Shown here piece after piece: positions 27,989-36,709 of a DNA stretch of 64,000 bases (the stretch's first letter is position 1; every line of letters starts with the position of its first letter). This stretch comes from an uncultured Pseudomonadota bacterium. Its GTDB lineage: Bacteria; Vulcanimicrobiota; Vulcanimicrobiia; Eremiobacterales; Eremiobacteraceae. Below the pieces are notes generated by a model. That model ran no database searches, was not told the DNA's origin, and worked only from the letters and a program-made list of their open reading frames with translations. The stretch lies in the NCBI GenBank assembly GCA_963736005.1, contig CAVTNB010000003.1, forward strand, positions 453,445-517,444, given 5' to 3'. The position numbers and the translations under genes are program-made.

Positions 27989-28557
27989 GTGAGGAGAGGC
28001 CAGTTAAGAATCGCTGGACACACATTTGGGACGCTAACGAGGGGCAACTCGATCCGCTAAAGGTGCTTAAGAAAATAGCGGAGTGCCAGTGTGACGACTG
28101 CATTGCCATATTCTTGTTGCTTCAGAAGGCGCAGATAGCGCATGAATCAGGCGGAGACATGCGAGCGGTTATGATGGAGGCCTACGAGCTTGACGTGAAG
28201 GGATCAGAAGTGTTGGAGGCACCTCACTTTGAACCTGAGGGCACCGATGAAGAGACAGACTAAGTCGAAGCCCGTGCTCGCCGCCCTCGGGCTCTCGCGG
28301 GGAAAGATGCGGCTTCGAGTGATCCCGTGCGATTGGGACTCTCCGATCCTCTTTGCGATTCCCGAACCGCGAAATCGCCCGCAATGCAATGGCGGCATTC
28401 GAACACGCCGAGGCCGGATTGCGCGGTGCCGATCAATGGTGCAAGAAGTGTCGCCGCTACGTCCTCTGATCTAACCTAAAGCAAAGTTTTCAAAGTTTAA
28501 TGGGTAGCACCGGCTACTCTTGTTCATTTGTTCCCGGAGGATTCTCAGTTGGTTTAG

Positions 28558-29109
28558 ATGTCAGAACCCCTACAGATCGACCGCAGATGCATTGTCTGCG
28601 GTCAACCGCTTCACGGGCGACAGATAAAATTTTGCGATTATCAGTGCGAAGTAAAGCACACAAACGAATCGAGAGCACAACGCAAGGCAAACGGCAGACC
28701 AGCGGCAGGTTACTGCCTGAACTGCAAACAGTTTACTCGGTTGCGCTTCATCGAGAGAACGTTGTGCCGATCCTGTTGTGACCGCAGAGACAACCCCGAA
28801 GTTCTTGCCGAACTCAGAGACCGCACCCGTCAAATTGCAATTGCAGCAGAACGGTGCTACAACCCGGCTTCATGGGCCTGGGAAACCCTCGTCCATGAAT
28901 ATGGCATCGACCCTGAGCTTGTGGAGATTCTTGCCCCATGTGGGAGGCACCAGACAGCCTTTACAGGGCAATCGTTAAGGGAAACTTCGGGTCACACCCA
29001 TGCGGACGAAAGAAGAAACCACGCCGGTCAAGTGAGGTTCCTGGCGAGCAACTGCCGCAGACCCCGGAGGCCTGGTGAAAGAGTTTCGTGGAAACTCAAA
29101 GGTCTGTAA
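28558..29109 (+). CDS. Cys-rich zinc-finger protein
   Basis: CIVCG...FCDYQC, CLNC...LCRSC. Confidence 0.6.
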   Translation: MSEPLQIDRRCIVCGQPLHGRQIKFCDYQCEVKHTNESRAQRKANGRPAAGYCLNCKQFTRLRFIERTLCRSCCDRRDNPEVLAELRDRTRQIAIAAERCYNPASWAWETLVHEYGIDPELVEILAPCGRHQTAFTGQSLRETSGHTHADERRNHAGQVRFLASNCRRPRRPGERVSWKLKGL

Positions 29110-29187
29110 ACAGCATACTAATAGTGAGAAGAACTTTTCTCGTACCCAGTCGGATGACGAAAACGTCACCAAATGAATGGAGGTCTA

Positions 29188-29445
29188 ATGCGAATTACTT
29201 TACTGCGCGTGTTGCGTCAAATCCACGAAGTATCACTTCAGGACTTAGCGGAGGCCTGTGAGATGACTGCCCAGCGGATTTCACTGATCGAGCTTAACCG
29301 CGCTAATCCTTCTTTGGAACAGAAGAGAGCATTGGCTACCTTCTTCGGTGTGCCAAGTTCAATGATCCTCACCCGCGTCGACAATAACTTCTTAGCCGAA
29401 CTCAAGCAAGCTGCTGTCGACAAACTCACAGCGGCTGTCGCCTAA
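29188..29445 (+). CDS. XRE-family HTH regulator
   Basis: LRVLRQ..VSLQDLAEACEMTAQRISLIELNRANPS...LATFFGVP; GGAGG SD. Confidence 0.88.
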   Translation: MRITLLRVLRQIHEVSLQDLAEACEMTAQRISLIELNRANPSLEQKRALATFFGVPSSMILTRVDNNFLAELKQAAVDKLTAAVA

Positions 29446-29481
29446 CTACTCAAACCACTTCATCGGAGAAAAGGAAAACCC

Positions 29482-29964
29482 ATGACCACAGAACCAAAAC
29501 AGCACTGCATTCGTTTCCGCTACCTACGCAACATTTCGATTCACCTGCCGAACGGACAGATTGCAAACATTCCACACCGCACGGTGCCAGTGCAAACGTC
29601 GATCCCGGTAAGGGGATCGAGACCGGTCGAATACTGGCAGGCGATGAGTTCGGAGTTTGACCTTACGGTCATACATGAGGTCTGCTTAAAATCAGAAACG
29701 CCCATGGTGCCCGAGGACACAGACTCTCTCACGCCACTGATGCGCGCAGAAGTCGAGAAAGAAGCCATTGCTGCCGCCAGTGCAAACCGTCGCGAGAATG
29801 ATCGAGTAAGACGCTACTTACACGGCCTCGCCGCTGAGAGTACCTCAGACCTGGGTGACGGCAGAATCGTGACCATACCAGCCACCGTCGAAATCGTTAG
29901 CGACAGCGAAGCAACGGCGATGCGCCCGATGCAAACCCATGTGAGCGAGCAGAATAATGGATAA
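29482..29964 (+). CDS. Hypothetical protein
   Basis: AAGGA SD, 160 aa. Confidence 0.65.
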   Translation: MTTEPKQHCIRFRYLRNISIHLPNGQIANIPHRTVPVQTSIPVRGSRPVEYWQAMSSEFDLTVIHEVCLKSETPMVPEDTDSLTPLMRAEVEKEAIAAASANRRENDRVRRYLHGLAAESTSDLGDGRIVTIPATVEIVSDSEATAMRPMQTHVSEQNNG

Positions 29965-30316
29965 CGCCACCGACATTATCACTCGACTTGAACACATGCT
30001 CCAAAGAAAGCACAAGCTCGCGGTTCTGTTCCAACAGCTAGACGGTGAACTGGGCGGGGCAGCGGCAAAGGTTGCCGAGCTTCAGACTGAGCTTCGCCGG
30101 GAGTGGAATTCCAAACGCCTCTGGGCCCACTCAGATTCGCCGGATTCCGTTGCTATGCGTGATCTGTTGGACCGTCTCGAAATTCTAAGAGAAACGCTGC
30201 AACCCGAGCGGCAGAGTGTGCTGCTGCCTCCGAATTATCTGCCTGGGAATTCTCCGTTCGGCACCTCCGTCAAAATGGATGCAACGAAGGGAATACATGA
30301 AAAGTCGCTCCGCTAA
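29957..30316 (+). CDS. Hypothetical coiled-coil protein
   Basis: Overlaps the previous stop; helical heptads. Confidence 0.6.
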   Translation: MDNATDIITRLEHMLQRKHKLAVLFQQLDGELGGAAAKVAELQTELRREWNSKRLWAHSDSPDSVAMRDLLDRLEILRETLQPERQSVLLPPNYLPGNSPFGTSVKMDATKGIHEKSLR

Positions 30317-30348
30317 CATTCCGAGGAACATAAGGCTCCGATCACATC

Positions 30349-30594
30349 GTGAAAGCCGCGACCTTCTGGATGTCTACGCCTGTGGCCGAACGCGGGAAAC
30401 TTGAACGCGAAACAGCCACCTCTGTCGGACCTAAGAAGGTTGCAACTCCTGAAATGATCAGCACGGTTAGGAAGCGCAACGCTGAAAAGCAGCGCGAATT
30501 GAATGTCAGAGAAAAGGTTGCCCGAGTCATCGATCCCGCCTTTCGAGAGAAAGAGCGCGCGGAAATTGAGAAGCTCCTCGATTCGACATACTAA
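30349..30594 (+). CDS. Hypothetical protein (true start may be near 30297 with a frameshift)
   Basis: Charged helical ORF continuing the operon. Confidence 0.45.
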   Translation: MKAATFWMSTPVAERGKLERETATSVGPKKVATPEMISTVRKRNAEKQRELNVREKVARVIDPAFREKERAEIEKLLDSTY

Positions 30595-31136
30595 AAGTAT
30601 TGGGCATGGCGCACACGGCTATATGCAACGGTGCGTTTGCAACCCAAGGCCTGAACGTTTTCAGTAACAAGTAGGGCCACCGGACGAATCCCGAGTTTGT
30701 TTTTGGAACTGACCTCGCAAGAGGCCTTAGACAACAGCGGGATTTGTCCCCAAGATTTTCAAGGATTACCCGAGCCCACATTGCCTTGAGGGCGAACCCC
30801 CCATCCCCTTGTGGATTCCATCGGATGGTCCCATGCAACCGACCATTTTCTTCATAGCGTGGTGCGGTTGAGCGAGCGGTACTCATTCTACGCGCTCGAA
30901 GTCCTGGCTTCATTTTCGGTTGGGCAACACTCGCGGGTAACTTGGACGGTCGCCCGCGAGGAAGTTTTTCTCATGGCACAGTTTCTATCGTGGTTCTTTC
31001 CTTTACACGATTTGAAACACGGGAATATGGTGCTGGCCCCGGTCACCTAATGCCGCAACACCGGGCACACTTTTTCAGAAAGTTAGATTTTTTTGCGATT
31101 TCGAAAAATAATCGAGCCCACTCGTGACCCCGCTAG

Positions 31137-31334
31137 TTTCCCGGTATATGCGTAAGACCCCAACCCGGAGAAGATTTTGAAAACTTACTTCACAGGTTCA
31201 AAAAGAAAATTGCCTCAAGTTTTATTCTCGGTGAGTATCGCTCGAAACAAAGCTACAGAAAGCCGAGCGTAGCCCGCAAGAGCAAGCATAATTTGGCGTT
31301 GAAAAGACGCCGTAAAACTAATTCCACAATTTAG
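31137..31334 (+). CDS. rpsU: Ribosomal protein bS21 homologue (no in-frame canonical start as assembled)
   Basis: PGICVRPQPGEDFENLLHRFKKKIASSFILGEYRSKQSYRKPSVARKSKHNLALKRRRK fits the bS21 pattern L.RFKK....IL.E.R....Y.KPS..RK.K. Confidence 0.8.
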   Translation, partial: FPGICVRPQPGEDFENLLHRFKKKIASSFILGEYRSKQSYRKPSVARKSKHNLALKRRRKTNSTI

Positions 31335-31482
31335 AAGGAACACCAAATGACCAAGCCACTCACATGGGAAGATTTTCCACCACCGTTGACCGATGAACAG
31401 ACCCGCATCATCGCCACATGGATCGAATTATCGGAATCCCTGTGGATGATGCGACTGTTCGAAACTTCCGGGATGGTGCAAG

Positions 31483-31665
31483 ATGAAGAGACGTAATCGC
31501 AAGCGCAAGCGCATTGAGGACCTTGAGGCTGCTAACGAGTGGCAAGCTTTGGAGATGATGCGCCTTCAAACTGCACTCGCATTCATCGAAGCAAGGCGCG
31601 CAGCGTATCCTCACCTGCCGGACTCGATCCGACTAGCCACCCCCGCACTGCGAGAAATAAAATGA
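31483..31665 (+). CDS. Small hypothetical protein
   Basis: 60 aa, coupled to its neighbours. Confidence 0.5.
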   Translation: MKRRNRKRKRIEDLEAANEWQALEMMRLQTALAFIEARRAAYPHLPDSIRLATPALREIK

Positions 31666-31955
31666 CAGAGGAAATTTACCGTTGTGTTCGGCGAGCGCGT
31701 TCTGTTGCCGAGATGCCGTGGCCGTACTCGACTATAGAACGACAGATTCACAAGGCCCGCAGTCCGAAGTGGTGCATGGCATGTAAGATCATGATAAACA
31801 AGGGTACGGAATATGTTTCCCTTTATGCTGGGCTTAACTACCACTACTTCCATTTGTCCTGTGAACCGTCACGAGACGAAGTCGAGTTGACGACATTGAA
31901 AAGCTGCAAGCGGTTGTGTGGGGTGCAGTTACCTATTCAAGAGAAACTATTGTGA
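31662..31955 (+). CDS. Small zinc-binding phage protein
   Basis: KARSPKWCMACKIMINKGTEY...FHLSC. Confidence 0.6.
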   Translation: MTEEIYRCVRRARSVAEMPWPYSTIERQIHKARSPKWCMACKIMINKGTEYVSLYAGLNYHYFHLSCEPSRDEVELTTLKSCKRLCGVQLPIQEKLL

Positions 31956-31969
31956 AAGTGAAAGTGAAA

Positions 31970-32212
31970 ATGAACAAAAAACTAGCCAATAGTAACCTGA
32001 AACGTACAACTAAACTTGTGGCTGCTGCAATAATCAGCCACTATTCAAAGAACAACTTCCCTTCTGCGGCTGCATTGGCCGCTGAGTTGAAAGTTTCTGC
32101 CCGCACGGTTCAACGCTCGTTCAGTGAGCTACGGGAACGCGGGCTACTCAAAACTGACAAGCGCGACGGGCGCGGAAACGAATCCACCCTAGTTCGCCAA
32201 GTCATTCTCTAA
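31970..32212 (+). CDS. Winged-helix DNA-binding protein
   Basis: FPSAAALAAELKVSARTVQRSFSELRERGLL. Confidence 0.8.
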   Translation: MNKKLANSNLKRTTKLVAAAIISHYSKNNFPSAAALAAELKVSARTVQRSFSELRERGLLKTDKRDGRGNESTLVRQVIL

Positions 32213-32259
32213 TTCACCGGATCACCCGGTCACTAATACGCAAAGGAAATCAAAGAAAC

Positions 32260-32475
32260 ATGACACACTCTGAAGTGGAGTGCGCCCTTCTTGAATTTGG
32301 CCTATGGCCCGAGAAGGTCGAAATGCTCCTCGATAAGTACGAACCCGAGTACCTGGCACGGTTTATCCGCGCCATTGATTACCTGGGCAGCTACAAGTCA
32401 GCACAGAAGTTGGGATTCCTCCCGGCGCATATATGTGCGGAAATCCGCAAGGGTCACGTTCCCCGGAGAACCTGA
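32260..32475 (+). CDS. Hypothetical protein
   Basis: AAGGA SD, 71 aa. Confidence 0.55.
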   Translation: MTHSEVECALLEFGLWPEKVEMLLDKYEPEYLARFIRAIDYLGSYKSAQKLGFLPAHICAEIRKGHVPRRT

Positions 32476-32490
32476 AAGCCAAGAGCCGGG

Positions 32491-33513
32491 GTGACGACGA
32501 TGACCGCCAAGTCTAAAACCTCGAAGCCTTTCTGTAAGTTCCCCAATGAGTTCATGGGATTGGACCTAACCCCACGAGCAAAAATGGTGGCTGTTAGATT
32601 GATGGCCTATGGTGGAACGTCGCGAGCCATCTATCCGCGCCAGGATCGACTAGCCAAGGAGACCGGTCTGTCTGTGCGCTCGGTTCGAGATTCGATCAGG
32701 GAACTGGAAAAAGCCCATCTAATCACCAGTGAGCAGAGGGGAAGAGGTTGCTCTAACCGGTGCTACCCTACCCCGAAGATGGCCGTAATGTTTGACTATC
32801 AGGGGCAAACCGGAGACCCAAGCCTACGACAAAATGTCACAGATGACCGGCAGATTCCGTCGTCAAGACCGGCAGATTCCCCCGGTCAGGATGACGAAAT
32901 TTGCCGGTCCATAGTAACAGAGCAGTCTAATAATAGATTATCTGTAATAGACGGAAATTTGGGTCAAGACCAAAATAATGGTAGATCAGCTAATCATGGT
33001 AATGGCTGTATTGATGATTATGATGCATCTGCTCTGTTATCTAATGGGCAAGCGTCAATAGAACCAAAACCTCCTTGTGACGGAATTTGCCGGTCATCTA
33101 TGACACTCCCAGACCGCATCGGCTACGACAGGATGGTAGCCGTCGCGGGCCGATCCAACGCCGACCTCCTCCGACTGTGGGGCATCGAAGGCGGGACCGC
33201 CGAGGAACTGGGTGCCGACTTCGACCGAACCAGAATCATAAACCAAATTCATTGGCTACCCTATCGTGCGGGGAAGAAGCCAAGCGGCGTTCTGATCCGG
33301 TCTGTTCAAGACAACTACGTGCGTCCTGATCTGACGGTTTCGGAGATAGCCGAGGTTGAAGCTGCAATCTCCGAAGGTCTGGTCCCGATCCAATCAATCG
33401 AGAAGGCGTTGAAAGCCGAGGATGAATTCGCTACGTCACAGTATGTGCAGCCCGAGACTACTCATGCTCCCGGCTGCAACGATCCAACGTGCGAAGGCTG
33501 CGACCTCTTCTGA
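32491..33513 (+). CDS. Phage-type replication initiator with N-terminal winged HTH
   Basis: IYPRQDRLAKETGLSVRSVRDSIRELEKAHLI; low-complexity middle encoded by iterons and an AT-rich tract. Confidence 0.78.
   Translation: MTTMTAKSKTSKPFCKFPNEFMGLDLTPRAKMVAVRLMAYGGTSRAIYPRQDRLAKETGLSVRSVRDSIRELEKAHLITSEQRGRGCSNRCYPTPKMAVMFDYQGQTGDPSLRQNVTDDRQIPSSRPADSPGQDDEICRSIVTEQSNNRLSVIDGNLGQDQNNGRSANHGNGCIDDYDASALLSNGQASIEPKPPCDGICRSSMTLPDRIGYDRMVAVAGRSNADLLRLWGIEGGTAEELGADFDRTRIINQIHWLPYRAGKKPSGVLIRSVQDNYVRPDLTVSEIAEVEAAISEGLVPIQSIEKALKAEDEFATSQYVQPETTHAPGCNDPTCEGCDLF
32845..33095. other. Putative replication origin (iterons plus AT-rich region)
   Basis: GACCGGCAGATTCC at 32845 and 32867; inverted variants at 32896-32909 and 33082-33095. 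Confidence 0.7.
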
Positions 33514-34017
33514 ATCGGAGAGGGTGAGAACTAAAGGAAAAGGCCCCCGGAGGGGCCTGGGTTCGTCACCGCTTTGGTTTACGGCTACCGAATGTGATCT
33601 TGATGTTCAACAAAGTTAGGTGGATTATTGGAAGGAACACCTGTACATTTGATTACCTTTCGCTGTAACCGAATCGGGCGGTGTTTTTTCCTCGTATAGT
33701 ATACCACATCGAACGCGGGCTCTACAAATGGAAGCCAGAAACAAAACCAAAGTTACTTCGTGGTATAATAGAAGCTCTCTGCAATCTCTGGGGTAAGGGG
33801 AACGCATGGCTGATAACAGAGACATTGCGCTGGCACTGGCACCGATAGGGGCCTAGGTTGGCGGTGTAACCGAGGCTCTGAAAACTTTTGTCCAAACACT
33901 CCCCGATGATGTGCGGAACAGCAGCACGTTAGAGATTTTTGAGCAGAAGATGCTAGACAATCTAACGGGGATCAATTCGGCATTGGATTTGACCGGGCGT
34001 CTGTTAGGGGCTTGGAA

Positions 34018-34179
34018 ATGAAGTTCGGAAAAATCCGCAGAGGCTTGTACAAAGCTGGCTCTATCTTGGGCGATGCCGGAGCGCTGTCGAGCGGCAAACC
34101 CAAGAGGATCGTGAAGCGCGCCGAGACTCACATCCTGTGGCGATGGTTGGGCCCGACACTGAGGAGACTGTTCCGGTAG
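34018..34179 (+). CDS. 53 aa basic amphipathic protein at the element's right end
   Basis: MKFGKIRRGLYKAGSILGDAGALSSGKPKRIVKRAETHILWRWLGPTLRRLFR. Confidence 0.55.
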   Translation: MKFGKIRRGLYKAGSILGDAGALSSGKPKRIVKRAETHILWRWLGPTLRRLFR

Positions 34180-34262
34180 GTCCCCCGGCACCCGGATTTT
34201 GGTGAACCAGGCGCGATGCCCGAGCCCTCGCTCATATCTAGTTGCACTTCGTCTCTACCGGT

Positions 34263-34805
34263 ATAGCGATCGAGCAGTTCCCGCAAAAGCGTGGTGCCAC
34301 CGTCAATATTTTGCGCCGGATCGAATGGATTTTTCACGCCGAGTGACTTTGCCGTACCCGGCATGAGTTGCATGAGCCCCATAGCACCGGCTTTCGAGAC
34401 CGCGTCTGCTTGGAAACCAGATTCTTGGTTGATCACCGCGTTGACTAGCTGAGGATCAACTTCATGCCGACGGGCTGCATCGCTCACGATGGACCCGTAG
34501 CGATGGAAACTCGGCCGCGGGGTTGGAGTGGATCCGCCATTGCAAGATGCTTTGGGCGCGGGCGTGCCGACATTGATTTGTCTCAGCGCTTGCATGAGCT
34601 GTTTCTCGAGGGCGGACAACTGATGCGAGAGATCGCGAATGAGCGCTGCGAATTGTTTATCGATGCTCGAAAACGAGCTGGCTGACGAAGGAGCCTGCGC
34701 GGGTTCCCCCTCTTCTTCTTGCTCGTTCTGGCCAACCGGCATCATTGGATTGTAGATTGGCATCTGCGTCGGCATACCGGCGGGATTGGTTGGGTTGATG
34801 TTCAT
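34263..34805 (-). pseudogene. 5' half of interrupted lytic transglycosylase
   Basis: GGAGG SD; AVINQESGF (catalytic Glu), AGAMGLMQLMPGTA, PFDPAQNIDGG; homology stops at LLDRY. Confidence 0.93.
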
Positions 34806-34862
34806 GAAAGCCTCCACCTTAGGGCAGCGTCACACCTGTTATCACGCGCATCGACGCAGCGT

Positions 34863-36167
34863 CTAGCGCAATGCGCCGGCGATCTGTACCAGCTTCTCGA
34901 CCGCGTCGGTTTGGCAGCCCCGTTCGTGGAAAAGAAAACTTTCGATGCGCTCGCGTTGCGCGACCGCCGAGTCAAGCAACGGGTCACCTCCTCGCACGTA
35001 GGCACCGATGGCGAACAGGTCTTCGGCGCGCTCGAGTGCGGCCAGAGCTTTGCGCACCCGCGCCGCGCAGGCAAGGTGTTCCTCGGAAACGATGTGATGC
35101 ATAACCCGGCTGGAGCATCGCAAGACGTCGATGGGAGGATATCGGCCCGCGTCCGCGAGCCGGCGTGAAAGGACGATGTGACCGTCAAGCAATCCGCGCA
35201 CGGCATCGGTGATCGGCTCGAACGGATCATCTGCATCCACGAGGACTGCAAAGATGCCCGTGATGCTCCCACGCTCCCGAACGCCAGCTCGCTCAACGAT
35301 CGTCGCCAGTTTGACGACCATTGAGGCCGGATGACCTCGGTGGGCTGGAAGCTCACCTGATGCCAGCGCAAGCTCTCGCCAGGCGTTCGCTACTCTGGTA
35401 AGAGAATCAACGGTGAGCAAAACGTCGTGACCACGCTCGCAGAGCCATTCTGCTTGTGCGATTGCGGTGCGAGCGGCCGCGAGTCGTTCGTGTGGAGGCG
35501 CGTCGGCGGTAGCGCAGACAATGCTTGTTCGCGGCCAGCGCGGTGTCTGGCGCAGTGCCGTGACAGTCTCTGCCGCCTCTCTGCCGCGTTCTCCAATCAG
35601 TGCGAGGACATGCGCATCGAAATGCGCGTGCTCCGCGATCTGCCGCAATAACGTGGATTTTCCAACGCCGGCCCCGGAAAAGAGTGCGACCCGCTGGCCA
35701 ATGCCGATCGTACAGAGTGCGTCAATAGCCGTAATGCCGGTCTGAATGGTTCGTTGGATCGGACGGCGCCGCTCCAAATTCAACGGGCCATCGTGAACCG
35801 CCATGACCTCGCAGTTCGGATGGGCGGGACCGCCCCACGCATTGACGCACCGTCCCAACAGGCCCTGGCCGCAAAAGGATCCTAAGACAGCGCGGGTCGC
35901 AGTTACGTTAGCACCAACCGTGACGTCGCGAATTGACTCGATCGGCACGCAGGTCGCTTCCCCTTCAGACACTGAGCGCACCTCGGCGAGACGGATGTCA
36001 TCTCGCTGCGTCTCGATCGCAATGAGATTGCCAGGCGCAACTCCTCGGATGCGCGCGACGACTGCCGTTGGCTCGACTCGCAACACGGTGCCTACGCGTA
36101 CCCATCCGTCGCATTCTCGATAGCTCAGCGGCATTTCATGTCGCATCCAAGTTTCCAGTGTCAGCAT
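34863..36167 (-). CDS. fliI: Flagellar/T3SS export ATPase
   Basis: GAGVGKST, LIGERGRE, DSLTR, LDGHIVLSRRLA..GRYPPIDVL. Confidence 0.93.
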   Translation of the reverse strand: MLTLETWMRHEMPLSYRECDGWVRVGTVLRVEPTAVVARIRGVAPGNLIAIETQRDDIRLAEVRSVSEGEATCVPIESIRDVTVGANVTATRAVLGSFCGQGLLGRCVNAWGGPAHPNCEVMAVHDGPLNLERRRPIQRTIQTGITAIDALCTIGIGQRVALFSGAGVGKSTLLRQIAEHAHFDAHVLALIGERGREAAETVTALRQTPRWPRTSIVCATADAPPHERLAAARTAIAQAEWLCERGHDVLLTVDSLTRVANAWRELALASGELPAHRGHPASMVVKLATIVERAGVRERGSITGIFAVLVDADDPFEPITDAVRGLLDGHIVLSRRLADAGRYPPIDVLRCSSRVMHHIVSEEHLACAARVRKALAALERAEDLFAIGAYVRGGDPLLDSAVAQRERIESFLFHERGCQTDAVEKLVQIAGALR

Positions 36168-36709
36168 TCCGCAGCCGCCCGAACCAAGAGTGCGGCCCGC
36201 GTCTGGATGTCTGCTTCGACACGCGATCCGTCGCAGTCGATCGTGACCTCGCCGAATTCTAAGTTTTCGTCGCTTTGGTGTGCCGAGATCGAATGAGGTG
36301 TCGGCCTACCTGCGGCGGCAAGCGCGTCGTCGACGAAGCATGCAAGCGCTTGAGGATGCACAAAAGCAACGTGGCGTAATGCCCGCCCGCACGCGATGGC
36401 CGCCAGCCGAATCGCTTCGTTGCGGATGAGCTGTCGGTGATCGCAGACTGGCGGCGTGCGGTCTGCAGAAAGGTCGGCTTTTGCGGGCTCAAGGTCGGGG
36501 GACTCGATTGACGGGTGGGGCTCGACAGGCGCGACTAGTTCAACCGCTACAGCCGAACTCTCTGATTCGCTGTCCGCTGCGGCGTGCTCGGAGGGTTGGA
36601 GCTGGCTGTGGCACTCCCCAGCCTCATGAACCTCAAGCCCGCGAGTCAAACCGGCAAGGCGGCGAGGCGTGAAGGGCAAGAATTCCACCTCAGGTGTGCG
36701 TTCGTCCAT
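36161..36709 (-). CDS. fliH: Divergent FliH-like protein
   Basis: Position before fliI; C-terminal GEVTIDCDGSRVEADIQTR. Confidence 0.6.
   Translation of the reverse strand: MDERTPEVEFLPFTPRRLAGLTRGLEVHEAGECHSQLQPSEHAAADSESESSAVAVELVAPVEPHPSIESPDLEPAKADLSADRTPPVCDHRQLIRNEAIRLAAIACGRALRHVAFVHPQALACFVDDALAAAGRPTPHSISAHQSDENLEFGEVTIDCDGSRVEADIQTRAALLVRAAAEC

Larger units (their letters stand above)
18788..34265. mobile_element. ~15.5 kb serine-integrase element (satellite- or prophage-like) inserted in the transglycosylase gene
   Basis: ATA core at 18785-18787 and 34263-34265; flanks rejoin in frame; integrase at left end; lower GC by eye; phage-like genes; no host REPs. Confidence 0.93.

Noticed and set aside
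27960..28060. ZTP riboswitch on the minus strand (CCGCCTGGGCA)
   Set aside because: The other conserved stems are missing and there is no purine/folate gene; it is better explained as a terminator arm.
30595..31123. tRNA or ncRNA in the coding gap of the element
   Set aside because: No cloverleaf or convincing long stems found by eye; may be frameshifted coding DNA.
34128..34262. Element-derived tail restoring the transglycosylase
   Set aside because: The read-through tail TGRDEVQ... lacks the AYNAG motif; it is a chance extension.
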